Of a stretch of 64,000 nt of DNA, positions 25,907-39,299 are shown in pieces. The stretch covers positions 930,001-994,000 of the forward strand of contig JAKMXF010000222.1 in the NCBI GenBank assembly GCA_024704765.1, read 5' to 3'. A model generated the notes under the pieces. That model was not told the DNA's origin, did no database searches, and saw only the letters and a program-made list of their open reading frames with translations. This DNA comes from Oopsacas minuta (taxonomy: Eukaryota > Animalia > Porifera). How positions within the stretch are numbered: the first letter of the stretch is position 1; each line of letters begins with the position of its first letter. A program made the position numbers and the translations under genes.

Positions 25907-27340
25907 CACGAGTCTCTTAAATCGTGATCTCGGTCAAAAAATACGAACCCTACGAAATTTACAGGTTGGGCATAAAAGCTTATGTAGATATCGAAAATGT
26001 TTTGAAAAAAATATTTCCATCGCAAAACTTTTGAGAGTGTGATTTTGAATATTTGGTGTCATATCAAAATATCTGTCAACTGTTTAGTTCCGATTTCAGC
26101 AGTTTTGAATTTGAACCCCTTCATTAGATCGAGATTATGTTTTAATCAATAATTTAATTGTACATGGTAAAGGGTGTTGTTATAGTTATTATTTGGAACA
26201 AGAGATTATGAATAACCAATAAATACACTAATTCATATACAATATGATATTATTTGTGGTCAATACCAACTAAATTAGCTATAAATACGAAACAAATTAG
26301 AAAAGTTTAAAACATAAATAACCATGCAAATTAAGTAAAATATTTCGCTAAATTATGAATGCGTATGAAGCAACTAAATTGAAGTTTGTGCTTGGTGCTG
26401 TGCCAAGGTTGGCAATATCAAGCTCAATTAGCATCAGTTTTTAAGCAACCAGCTGATGACTTAAGATAATTAAGTGAATATTACACGAAAGTTTTTGAAA
26501 ACTATAGATCGAAATTGTCTTCGGCCAAATATTTTTGTACAACCTATAAACTTTATTTAGCTAAGGTTGCGAGTATATAGTGGTGCCCCTAGGAAAGGCC
26601 AATTCAATTTAATGGTAACAATCTCTTGCATCAAACGCGTTCAATAAGTAGTCCTGGTAATCAATGCCCAATTTGTGATTAAACGAGTAGATTTGGATCT
26701 CTTGCGAAATCTGAAATTTCAAATGCAAAACCAGAAATACCGATGATAAATACTCCAACAAAGGTTGTTAAACATTGTAGCAAATGCTTGAGCGAAATTT
26801 CAAAAGATATATACCATCAACGCAACAAAAGGCCTCTGATTGACAATACCCACCAGCATTTATATCACAGAAATGGACTCGATCAGTTTACTTATCATAA
26901 CATGTTACAACGTTATCAAGAAGGAGATAACATAATATTAAGTTGCCAACTGCCACGACCTGAAGGAGTCATCCATAAATTGTCAACGCTTCAACTCTAC
27001 AAATTCTCCACCACAATCAGAATCTAAGAAGCAACGAACTGAGTCCGGAAGATTATGCAACTTAAATCAACTGGTGAATTGTCGAACAATCAATTTTACA
27101 AGGTGTCTTCAGCATTGTAAGACACTGGAACACGTTGTCCGCCAATGGGATAATACAATGAGACTAATGAAGAATTCTGTATATGGATATTATGAAGTGT
27201 ATTTCAATTAGTTCTGATCATATTAAAGAAAAGTACCAAAATAGTATTAAGGAAACTTTTGTGGTAAGATGCAATGAGATCAAAACATCACTTCAGAGAT
27301 CTAAGGTAAAATATATGGCGATAATCTAGAACGATTGAAA
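25907..27340 (+). mobile_element. Decayed Chapaev-family relic
   Basis: Left TIR CACGAGTCTCTTAAATC resembles the TIR of the 29939 element. Fragments KHCSKCLSEI and NNQFYKVSS..RCPP align with the 30210-32204 transposase and closely match 39790-40085. Confidence 0.7.
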
Positions 27341-27639
27341 TATAAACTTTCTGCAGGAATATCGTGAGTGTTTTCGATTTAATCAACTTCAGGGTCACAT
27401 CAGTGTCTAGAAAAGGAAACTCTAGGGGGTATCAATGTGAATTATTTAAAATTATAAAGTCCACAGAGTATCAGAGAGTCCTTGAACCGTTTAACAACCT
27501 AACACTAGATGCAAGCTCTATATCAGTTCCTTCGATCTTAATAGGAGGTATACAAAGGGGTTATTTTTGGAAAGATATAATCATGTCCTTAGTTTTATTA
27601 ATTTGCTCGTGGGTGACCACGAATTTGATTGGTCCATGA

Positions 27640-29290
27640 GGTCTGTATGGAACTCAAGCTACACTTGTGGACCTGCACCATAAGGTGGTATCGTCCATAT
27701 ACTTGTGCATAGGATATGGAGGGTGCAAATCACTGATGAGTACAATGTAGAGGAGTGGGCCCCAGACATGATCCTTGGGGGTGGTGGGACAGATCCCTTC
27801 AGACAAACCCATTCGGATAACTTCAGGCCTAGCCTGACTCTTAGGGATGGATGGATTAAAGATAATACAAACCGGGTGCGCTAAAGTGAAAGCATGGCCT
27901 CGGAGAATCCAACCGAGAATATCATCTGGCCCTGTATCTTTGTGTACTTATATTCTATCAAGCAACACTAAACGGTGTTTGCATCGATGATATAGTTTAA
28001 GGTACCGGGCGAACTAGCGGAACAATACCCAAGTCCAAAGGTTCCAGATCCCGACCAACATGGTGTTATCCAGGCGTATACGGCCCGCCTAAAGGCTCAT
28101 AAATTTAGAGAAATATATGTTTAGCAGTACGAATATACCATCTCCCTAGGCTTAGAAACCCCAGTATAGTAACACAAAACTTACGGTTTATGTGTATGAA
28201 AAGGGTTAGAATGCATTTCTAGGCGAATGGTCCTGACAACTTGGATGAAACCCTACCACCACACAACTCGTTAGCAAAGGAATTAAGGTCTGAGCAAGTT
28301 TTCCCTAGGGCGGTGAGGGCTTGGGTAAGTTTCGAACAATGGTGCTGGTCGCAATTACGCAGCGAGCTCAGTTAGCTACGATAGTGAGACGGGGGATAGT
28401 ATTTGCAATCTTGATCACTTTGTTGCCTAGGCTACCATATTCCGAAAAATTACCAGTCATAAAAGCTCCTTAGCGTTGAGTATGAGTTGAGAGAAATAGT
28501 TAGTAACGCATAGTTCATCAGATGTATGGCGCCTGTTATGTCTTGTTGGGAGATAATCGTTCACTAGATCTGATATAGAATTTTGAAAAATTCAAATATA
28601 TATTCACATGATGGCCACAACTACAATGTAGTCAAGTAAATTGGGTGAGAGCTTAGGAGTAATTAACATTTGCACGCTGGTTACTGACTCGGACATTCAA
28701 TGCTACAGTTACACCTGCGTTAAACCTATGTGAAGAGGATGGCTCATAAATGACAACTTTGTTAACAAAAAAGTGATGGGCAAGAATGGCACGATTTTGA
28801 CGGTGGTAAGATTTTGTCTGAAATCGCTATACGTTGTGTTGGGGAAGTGACAAATGTTTGATGGATAGTTCCACAGCTCGGTGCCATTCAAATTATTAAA
28901 ATAGCCGAGGAGCATAACACCTGAATAAGTGTGTGTTTTGAGTGCGTAATCAATAGAAGTTATGATGTGATCGGTGGCCTTAAGATCAAAAGCACCAGGA
29001 GTGCGATACATAACACCACCCGGATGTGTGAAAATTTACGCGGCATAGATTCACGCCAGACCAACAGTTATAGTAACTCGACCTCATCACATCCCAAGTT
29101 GACGATTCTATTGTATGGAATGCTATTACGGATGCAAAATAAGGACGTCACCCCCCTCCTATTAACTCCGTGTCTCCTCTGACAAGTGTACCCATCAATG
29201 GCAGTGGTACAGGGAGGGATTTCGTCAGATATCCAGGTTTCAGTTACACAGGCTATATCAAAATGATTCACATCTATTACATTCGTTAAT
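27640..29290 (-). mobile_element. Non-LTR retrotransposon relic (CR1/L2-type endonuclease plus RT)
   Basis: FDIACVTETW, YRTPG (APE-type endonuclease); GPDDILGWILR, PQGSCLGPLL, KYMDDTT (RT). Confidence 0.85.
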
Positions 29291-29938
29291 TCATCTATTG
29301 TTATTCACAACACTTATCGTATAAGAGTTGAGGAGAGCGAGGAGGCGCCAATTGATACTATAAATAGGTCTAACCATGGCCTATGTAATAAGGCTTGACT
29401 GTTCATTGGGACCATGGATTACAAAAAGTGCATACATTGAATATGACATGTTGAGATTAATACTATTGTTTTTGACAATATTCGTACCAAATGGTAGATA
29501 GAAGGTAATCATATTTTACACTACTACAACAAAAATTGTATAATAAAGAAATAAGAAATGCTAGGACAACAAAGAGACAGCCAACAGCAAAATTACTAGG
29601 TACTTTGATTGAATTTGGTGTATTTACGAGTGTTATGCGAGCTTTCAGTTAATGTCCTTCTCAACGTATTCATGTTCTTCACTTTGTTAGTAAGGATACA
29701 GTTAGTTGCTGAAAAATAATCTTCTTTAAGATATTCCATCCTATTGTGTCACAAGTAGGACATTTTTTTCTCCAAAACTCAGTTTCATTACTCCTGATCA
29801 CATTTAATGTCATGGAAACTAATATCTTCCGAGAATGACTTGTCATAAAGAGGTTGAAGAGACTAGAATCTATTTCGATCCTGGAGTAGACCTTACACAA
29901 TATTACAACTGCTTCAGTACTGGAGCTGAAGGCCACTT

Positions 29939-32772
29939 CACTGGTCTCTCAGAAAATCATATTGATCGAAAAAACGAGGTCCTTGAGATTTTTCATGATT
30001 CTTGTGTAGAATTTTGCGTAGAATCCGATTCTGTTGCCAAAAAAATATTTCTCACACAAATTTTTGAGTTATTTTATATTTTTTTGTAAAAAAAAAATTT
30101 TTTAGTTCCCATTTTTATATGTTGTCGGGTTGCTAATTTATCATATTAGAATCATCGTTATCATTCATACATTGAATATAATACATCCATCAGTCACATA
30201 TAGAATAAATTAAGTACTTATAAAATTAACGAAATTAATTTCCTTGACAGCATTTAGTAGGTTTTCGCCGTAATTTTCTAGAGACTCGCTACATTGATAA
30301 TATCTCCAAACTTTGATGAATCGAGAATGAGCTGATTCAGCTGCCTGCTCTGAAACGGCGCCCAATCCCATACCAACTGGAAGGAATTTGGTGATAAATG
30401 GGATAACATGTCTGCACACTATATGGACTTTTGTTGAACAATTCAGCCCAGTTAATTTGAATGCTTCTTCAAATTGAAATATCGCCAGTTTGTAATCACC
30501 TTGTATCTTTTGCCCAAAACATGTCCTCACTACCTCTGAAAATCGCTTTAAAGCAATGCTAGATGAGTTGCTAATTGGAAAACCAATCTGCTCACCCATC
30601 AATGTAATTTTCCGCATTGCATTACCTTCAAATGCGCCTCCATGGTAAGAACTTCGAGATATGTTATTGTGCTTCAGTAATAATTCATGTGTAACTAACT
30701 CTTCTTCAGACATTGTAGCCACGATCGCATTGTACAACTTCTGACCAACCCCTAACAAAAGATGTAACTCGGGAATATTGAACATCTGCATGTAGTCAAC
30801 CATCCATACACCAAGAGCCTCCATATCTTCTACACCATCACAGTCAATCGCATGATTCTTTGAGTCGGAGTTATATTCTTCACACAATTTTTGGTACATC
30901 TCTGCATGATGTGCTGATGATCTTGATTTGAATTCGACATGATCCAATCCACTTTTAGCATCCCATACACACCAAATGCATGGGTAACGTCCAAGCATAA
31001 TACCCAGACAGAGAGCAGCGGCTTTGAGATCAAAGGTAAATGATACGTTGTACTCATGAATAAACTTTTGAATTTCCGGGGCATTCAGTATTATAGAAAA
31101 ATTGTAATTATTTTCAGGAGCACTTGATACCCATAAGAAGATTAGATTTCGCACAGAATTTTCCAGTTGTAGACACATGACAAGCTTAGTGAACCCACAA
31201 CCATAATCAAGGCCAAGCTTAAAATTGAAACTGTAAACTGAAGATTCTCCGCTAATGTTGTAGAATTTTTCTATCAGTTTGTCGATGTTGCAACAGCGTA
31301 CGACCCAAGTCTTTCTGATATCAGAGGAATACTTCTCTTTGCTCCATTCCAGATCTAATTGGACGCATTCGAATATATCATCACAATATTGTTTCCGTTC
31401 GTCGTAATAGTCCTTCATTGATGGACAGGCCACGCCAGCATCCCTTATTACTTTGGTTACAGCTTTTAGTTGCTTGTTACTCATTGCTCCGCCAGTGCAT
31501 TTTATCTGTGCGATGTCAGAGAAATCCATTTTGGGCATTTTGTGTTGAGGTAACTGGTCCAAATTACCAGGAAGCATATGAATTGGATGGCCTCCCGATG
31601 GTCTAGGTAACGTTATACGCGAGTCCTCACTTGCACTGCGGAATTTTCGTAAGATTTCGGAACATACGACAGGTTCAATAGAACGTTTTCGTGCTAACAA
31701 AAATTGGCTATTATTTACCAAAGAAGTTTTTGAGCAAGTATGCGGAAATCCGGGACTTATTGTGTTTAAACACTTACTACAAAGATTAAGAACCTTTTTG
31801 GGAGAGTTGATCGCAGGACGTCCAGGTTTTTCGTGGAGAATTTACAAAGAAGCACGATTTCTAGGTCCAAATCTCGAACTTTCCATGCACATTACACAGG
31901 TATTGACTGAACTACACGTATTCAAGCGAGTACTTCGTATAATTGGCCAATTGAATCGAACAGGAATTTCCCTTGAAGTATCATCATGCATTGATCGATT
32001 AACCAAATAGAGCTTGCAAGTATTGCACAAAACATTTGGCCGATTATCCTCCATCGGATCGATTGGCTCGAAAAACTTCGAATATTGCTCACCCAAATGA
32101 GTAGAAATAAGGCTATTGTTTTTAATAGTTATCTTCCCAACTTTAATACAACACCAACGACAAATTTTGTCTTTTGCAGACTCGTGCTTACTCATAAATA
32201 CCAACAGTAGAAATAGATATCAGAACAATTATGTATCAGAAAAATTATATAGAAAATGAGTACAAGCATTCTTTAAATAGTTTTTCTATGCAAACAGATA
32301 TTCGTTAAACACCTTTAATTACTAATTATCACTGAATGGAAACTACTTAAAAGTATTCAAAGGACTCGATTAGGTGATTAATGACGTGCAATCAAACTAT
32401 TGTTACTATTGTTAAACTATTCGAACCTGATACCATACAGAAAAATGAATGACATAATAGAATAGAATAAAACCGCAATACTATTGAAAATTCTAAGTGC
32501 ATGCAGATGTAAACAACAATGTCTAAGCATATCATAATAATATCTGATTGCCAATGGTGATGCATCTGCCATCGCTGTCATGATGAGAATCTAAAATATT
32601 CGAAATGTAAAAAATTATTTTTTTACAAAAAAATAAATTTATCGAAAAAATTTGTGTGGGAAATATTTTTTTGACAACAGAATCGGATTCTACGCAAAAT
32701 TCTACACAAGAATCATGAAAAATCTCAAGGACCTCGTTTTTTCGATCAATATGATTTTCTGAGAGACCCGTG
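29939..32772 (-). mobile_element. Complete Chapaev transposon, 2834 bp
   Basis: About 127 bp TIRs starting CAC(T/G)GGTCTCTCAG with 3 mismatches; perfect 4 bp TSD ACTT (29935-29938, 32773-32776). Confidence 0.92.
30210..32204 (-). pseudogene. Chapaev transposase (about 660 codons) with one in-frame TAA at 31842-31844
   Basis: ORFs 31842-32204 and 30210-31721 are in the same frame, with an open linker between them. N-terminal H-x7-CRxC...CxxC zinc finger; LGLDYG, TFDLK, YPCIWC, PELHLLLG, AFEGN, VSEQAAESAH. Confidence 0.9.
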
Positions 32773-34785
32773 ACTTAAGGCCTCCACAGTCAATCGAACA
32801 TATTAATTCATAGCCATGACCAGTTAGATCTAATTTGAAAGTATCTTCCTCAACAAGACCTGACAAACACTGAGAGCAATACTGCTCACTTCTTCCGTAT
32901 CTCTAACTCCAGAAGAGTGAGTAATACCTCGCTTAGAATAGAAAGCACTTTTGAAAATGGAATGAACACAATAACCGGCAATAAAGGCCAAAGATTGAAT
33001 GAGAGAAGTATCGTGTATGATTGGTGTCTCCTCTTCATTGAACACCCTGTTATAGAGGTCCAAATTAACTATATTGTCATCGCTAGATTCTTCCGAGATT
33101 GAAAATGAGCTTAAAAATTCTTTTAATGAGATTGAGCTCCACCCGGAGTACTAGAGGAGAACAACTTCAGAATTGCAGAAATCTTAATTGATCTCTCACT
33201 TTGCAAAACTTGGCAAAATGTAACATTGTATTGGGCACCGCTCATCATTCGGTAAATCCCAAAGTGATGTTCAATTGCGTCGTTTTGAAGGAAAGAACTA
33301 AGAACATAGGCAAAACCACAGTTTTTGGTAAGATGATTAACTATCCCTTCAAGGACGATACAGGAATGGCGAAAACTGGCAAAGGTTTGCGCAGTGAGTT
33401 TTCCGTGCTTTGGGGGTAAAGTTCTCTATTCATTAAGCCATTTCACAACCTCTGAAAGAAATACAAACCGAATGTCATTACTCAGTAGTAGCATAGAAAG
33501 CTCGTCATTTAGACGGATGTCTTTATTAGGTCTATTAATGTTGAAGATCTTCCATACCTTACAAATAAGGCTAATTAACTGAGCTGTTGCTGAAACTTGA
33601 CCATATTTAGAAGCATGGGTTGTTAAAGCTGCAGAGGCTGAGTCGTGAAATATGCGAAGTACTAAATTGACATTCTGTCTTCAAGGCTAGATGGCCAGCA
33701 AGATTGGGCTGGTAATCGGTGGGCTGTTTTAGCGACAGAATTTTGCTCAAGTTTAAAGAGATTCCGAAGGTCTTGAAATGGTACCTTTAAAGTATATTCG
33801 CAAGGTACGAATGAAGAACAGCTAAACGTGCGATTAGAATCGATTTGATGTATCCAATTATTTCTTGCTGTTTTGATGATGTGGACAAAGTCGAAGATAA
33901 GATATAGAGGTCTGCAAGTGTCTAATGGGTGAGGAACACAGGTTTCAAGATTGGAAGTAGGGGATAGTAACTTAAACAGATTCACATTCAGGGGGTAGTT
34001 ATCTGTACAAATAACTTGAATTTGAAGATTGCAATTTTCTATATCCTTGATCAATTCATGTAAAATAGGTAGTATTTGAGCAGCTGAAGATTTTGCGCAA
34101 GGTAGGAGGTAGGAGTCGTACAACTGTAGATCATTTTTTTGCATAAACTTGATATCATAAATGCTAGAACTGTATTAGCTGCTTCGTTCTGTGTAGTCGA
34201 AGAGCCGAGTATTCTCCCACCTATGTAAGAAAACTCTGATTTGACATGTATTTTATCCATATGGAATGTAACATTCCATTCTTGGTTATTGAAATTAGCA
34301 GTAGAAGCCTTCAAATATGTTTGCAAATCACACTCCAAGCCTGCAGTCCCATAAAAACTACGTAGAGTTGTTGGGTGGGGAAATATTAAACAATTCAAAG
34401 ACTGTAAGTAGCTGTAGCAGGTAGAAGATATCAAATGAGATTTTAGAGCTAGCACCATTGTAACAACATTGTACCATCTTCGATTTTTGGGAATTAGTAT
34501 ATTCTCAAGCTGGCACAGTAGAAATTATAACTGGGGTAACAATTCTGAATATTTCTCTAGCATATCGTTCGAAGTTCCTATCTTCGAAATCGTACTTTCA
34601 ATGTTAGAAGTAGCTTGGTGAATACAGTTTTCAACAGGGTCCTTAGTGTATGCAGAAACCTCGCTGATGATGGTATCGATTTCTCGAATATCACTGAAAT
34701 TGTGTATTGTGAGAGGAATTTGAAAGTTTTGACAGAAGCCTGTAAGTGTTAAGGAGTCATTAATTGAAACATATGCTGGTATATA

Positions 34786-37698
34786 CAATCAGGGGCAAAA
34801 GTATTCGAACACACAAATATATTATCATAAATTGTATACTCTTTCCCGCTCCTATATATTGTGTAGTCTATATTCGTAGCTGCAATCTAGTAATTTTTAT
34901 AGAATAACATATGTTTTTCAAGAATTTCAAAAAATACTTTCGATTACACTTTTTGAAGGTGTTAATTATTAATAATTATTAGATAATGATTGATATTCAA
35001 AATACAGTGGAATCCCGGAAATACGATCACCCACGGCACCGAGAAAAATGGCCGTAATTGTGAAACCTTTTGAAAGAAAACATATTCTATTAATATTTAT
35101 CATACTATAATAATTATAACATGCTAATACATAATTATTAGTTAAAATATGCATCTAACTTTGATTGTTTGCTATCTGAAAAACATGCAGAGATGGCCTT
35201 TTCGTTAAGTCTATCTTCAATAGAAGATATCAAATTGAGGCTACCTGTCATTGACTTATCTATCAAGAATACTTTGAGATTCGTAAGCCAGGATAAAGCA
35301 TCGGTGAAACCAAATTTTTCGGTTCCTGGGTGCTAAATTGGTTCACCTTCGTCAGAGAGATATTCCTGTGTTACATTTTCCTGTAAATTTTCCAGAGTAC
35401 GCGATTCTGATTCTCCTTCTAAATTGTCATTAACTTGAATTTCACTATCCATGTTGACGTATGATTGAGGATTAATAATAGCATTATCACAAATGTTGTG
35501 CTGCGAGGAAATGTTGAGCAATTTCGTTAATGTTTGAATTTCTTCATCTTCGTTATTTGCTGCGTCATCTTCGAAATTCAAATTATTCCACATTTTGAAA
35601 AACATTCTGTACTGTACTAGGACGTATTTCCTTTACTGCAGCTACTATCCAGTGGCAAGCATCTAGGATGTTAATGCTTTTCGCTACTGTTTCATCCTCA
35701 CAACCATTATTGATCTGACTTTGCACACGACGGAGAAGACGTTTTCTATAATGCAACTTCATACACTGGATAATACCTTGATCGAGTGGCTGTAGAACAG
35801 AAGTGGTATTTGCTGGTAAGAATATTAATTTTATGTTGATTAAAGAAACTCCTCTTGGGTAACATGGTGCATTATCTAAAAACACTAGGATATGCCGATT
35901 TTGATTACGCATTTTGACGTCAAAAGCATTTAGCCACTCATTGTATAGTGCGCTAGTCATCTAAGCTTTCTTATTTGCACGATATGTTACGGGTAAATGA
36001 AAGGACGGAATGTTCTTAAAACATCTGGGATTTAGAGAGTGTCCAATAATCAATGTCTGCTCAAAGTCTCCCAACGCATTAACACAAAGTAGCAAGTCAC
36101 TCGATCTTTCGAGCGTGTTCCTCCAGTACATCCTTTAGCCCGCTCAAGCATAGTCTTGTCTGGGAGGGCAAGGGATAATATGCCCATCTCGTCCATGTTG
36201 AATATATCGTGCAATTGATAACCTGTAATTGAAGATGGCAATTTCTCCTTCCATTCTATCACTGTAGTATCATCTACTGATCCCCGTTCTCCACTTATTT
36301 CCACACACTAAATTATGACGTTTATTAAAACGATTTAGCCAGCCGTATGAAGCTTAAATTCGTCAACCCCTAAAGTTGCTGAGAATTCTAAAGCTTTTTC
36401 TAGAATCAAGGGCCCGGAGGGGGTATGTTTTTGAACGAGCAGATTGAAACCAATCCCACATAGTAGTGTCAAGTACATTAAATTCGTTGGAATAGCAATG
36501 CCGGTTTCTGTTTCCTCTTTGATTTTCCTCATAAGCGGCCAAATACTCTGTTTTTCGTTTGAGTATGGAAGATACTTGGGTTTTCCGATATTAAATCTTA
36601 TTGCCAATTGCCGATGCGATTGTCCAGAAGAATTATGAATTAACTCCACTTTTCGTTTGAGATCCAGCTTATTGCGTTTGCTCGATGCCATTAATAACGT
36701 ATGAATTACTGTCTCATTAATCTGCTTTGTATTCATATGTATACACTCCAATGTATTGTTATTTAATTGTCCAGAAATTGTTTCGTTTTCAAACATCCAA
36801 TAGTGATTCCTATTGTTAAGATTGGCCGTAATTCTGAGGTTAAAATAGGGTTCGTTCTAAAAGTATGGCCGTAATTCGGAATAGCGAAGTGGTCGGAATT
36901 CTGAAATAAAAATTAATGTTAAAGTCTATAGTACATTAAACGGGACTTTAAACAGTGGCCGGTATATCGAGGTGGCCGCTATTCTGGGGTGGCCGTTAAG
37001 TGGGGTTCCACTGTATGTGATAATTCAAAACCTATTAAGAATTTATAATTTCTGACTTGATATTTGAATTCTACATAGGCGAGTTACCCCAGATTGAAAT
37101 TTCCAATCGGATTGAACAATTTTTACCAAAGTTATAGAAGAATTTCAATTTGTCCTACTTGTGCCATTTTTGAAAAAAGTGGCAGGAAAAAGCGCCACTA
37201 CGAGGAAATCAACTAGGGTTAGGAGGAATAAGTTGAAGTAATACTTTCGAATGATATGACTATGCTAACCCTTGAATTACAAAATGACCTCTAGTAGCGG
37301 CCACTTGTACCACCTTGGGCAAAAGGTGGCACAAATGGCACAAATTGAAATTCATCTACAACTCTGGTAGAAATTGTTCAATCCAATTGGAAATTTCAAT
37401 CTGGGGTAACTCTCCTACGTAGAATTCAAATGTCAAGTCAGAAAATATATATTCTTAATTGACTTTGAATTATCACATATTTTGAATATCAATCATTATC
37501 TAATAATTATTAATAATTAACACCTTCAAAAAGTGTAAATCGAAAATTTTTTTTTGAAATTCTTAAAAAACATGTTACTCTATGCAAATTACTAGATTGC
37601 AGCTACGAATATAGACTACATAATATATAGGAGCGGGAAAGAGTATACAATTTATGACAATATATTTGTGTGTTCGAATACTTTTGTCCCCTGGTTTA
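34786..37698. mobile_element. About 0.9 kb almost fully palindromic foldback MITE with Tc1-like ends, split by a Tigger
   Basis: CAGGGG(A)CAAAAGTATTCGAACAC ends. 34790-35004 mirrors about 37480-37693, and 37014-37200 mirrors about 37290-37480. Inserted in a TA run; boundaries uncertain by a few bp. Confidence 0.85.
35005..37013 (-). mobile_element. Tigger/pogo element with a decayed CENP-B/DDE_1 transposase
   Basis: Ends CAGTGGAA(T/C)CCC with TA TSD; the mirror arm of the MITE shows the empty site caaaaTAtgtg. Motifs KRNKLDLKRK, FNMDE, LDNAPC, LPANTTSVLQPLDQGII. Confidence 0.9.
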
Positions 37699-39299
37699 TA
37701 TATGTTTGTCTTTTGACAGCATTAGCAAGTTAATAGACGTGTCATCTGAAAACCACCTAACCCAAGAAGAAGTTAGTTCAAATTCTTCGAGTTTACATTT
37801 TAGCTCTCCTAATGATTTGACACCGAACTTACTATCCTCAGCTTTATGAAGATCAAGGCTCTGTTCTAAGGCTTGAAAGAACTATTTACTCTCGATCTTC
37901 CCACGATCTAAACGTTCAGGCTTCAGGGATGGTGAACTAAGATACTTGGGACAACTGGAAGAAGACAAGGTATACCGTTCTTATGTAGAATTGGTCGCCA
38001 AGAGATTTTTTGTAATGAGTCATTAGGTTGAGGCATATCCATTTCAGTGATGACATCTTCAGTACGAAGTGATTAGAACAAACAAATACGTTTTTTTAGA
38101 TCTTCAATATCCTCCCTGTGCAGAGCGCGTAGCCATTTTTCTCTATGTTCAGAGTTTTGAGGGTAATCTGAATACTGGTGTATATGGCTCCACTGAATAA
38201 TTACTCCTGCATCCAGGTGCAGAGCCAGTGTTAGGCATCAAGGCTAATCAGTGATGAAACAGAATTGCAGAATAAGATGAAATAGTAAAATCCTAAATAA
38301 CTAAAGGCTTGAGAACATAATCTCGGGCTAATTATATATATATACCTAAATAAGAGAAGTGATAAAACAGAATTTCAACAATTCAGATAATGTCAATTTT
38401 GCATGTTACACTTATGGGTGAATTACAAAATGTACTTTAAGTAATCCATGGTAGGTAATTCTATGCACAATAGTCAGGCCTTATATCACGTAGGTCACGG
38501 TCTAACATTGTTCAAAGAGTGAGAGTAAGAGTTGACTATAAGGTTTGGTAGCTTGCGCACCATAGGCTCTGTAATTGCAGGTAGTATTCAGGGCTGCCAA
38601 CCATTTTTCGGCCATTGGCCTGCATGGATCGTGAAAGGGAGAATTTGATTGCTAATGTACCAGAGTTATCTTCAGAGAGAGCTTGACCTCTGATAATTGT
38701 TCCGGCAATTATACCCTTAATGTGCCATGTATGGCATCCATAGAAAGTGATCAAACTTCAGTTCATTCAGTAACTAAAATTGTCCCCAAAATAAGGCCAA
38801 TGCTAGGCGGTTGAGACAGAGTGCAAATAATAGAATTTAACTACGTATTACACTGGGCAATGCTTTTTCAAATTGCAATTTCTTCTTTGATTTATTCAAA
38901 CTTTTCTCGACCAATTTTTTATGCTGATTTCAAATATGTTATCCATTTGTTATCTACGGTCCAGATTTTTCGAAAATCAATTTTTCAAATTTATTTGACT
39001 TCAAGGAAAATATTTAAAAAATTGTACCATAATGTTTTCAAACCCAAAGAACAATCTAAAAGTATATTATTCAGACCCATATAACAACAATACGAGTTCC
39101 CATTAATCGCTAATATATTTTTTATCCTGTAAATTTCGTAAGGTCCGTATTTTTTATATCAAGATCACGATTTCAGAGAGCCGTGATACATATACGTATA
39201 TCATGCCTTTGATATATCAATCTGGTATGAAGTATAAAATACCCATGATTGAATATATGATTATGATCAGAAGTTTTAAACAACAACACTATTACATTT

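Larger units (their letters stand above)
29375..38499 (-). mobile_element. Complete P-superfamily (THAP-transposase) element, pseudogenised and interrupted twice
   Basis: Imperfect TIR CATGGCCTATGTAAT--AAGGCTTGACT / CGTGACCTACGTGATATAAGGCCTGACT; perfect TSD GTCTAAC (29368-29374, 38500-38506). THAP relic from ATG 38238 (APGC, KWL, VCSNHF), P-transposase core 33662-34458, and C-terminal GGLKWPS spanning the Chapaev insertion. Confidence 0.88.

Noticed and set aside
31842-31844. In-frame stops as evidence of an alternative genetic code or readthrough
   Set aside because: TAA, TAG and TGA all interrupt different relics together with frameshifts, and the intact Tc1 ends normally at TAG. Ordinary decay explains them.
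38841-39185. A single small CAC-ended element between 38841 and 39185
   Set aside because: The two ends do not match each other, so they probably belong to different truncated elements.
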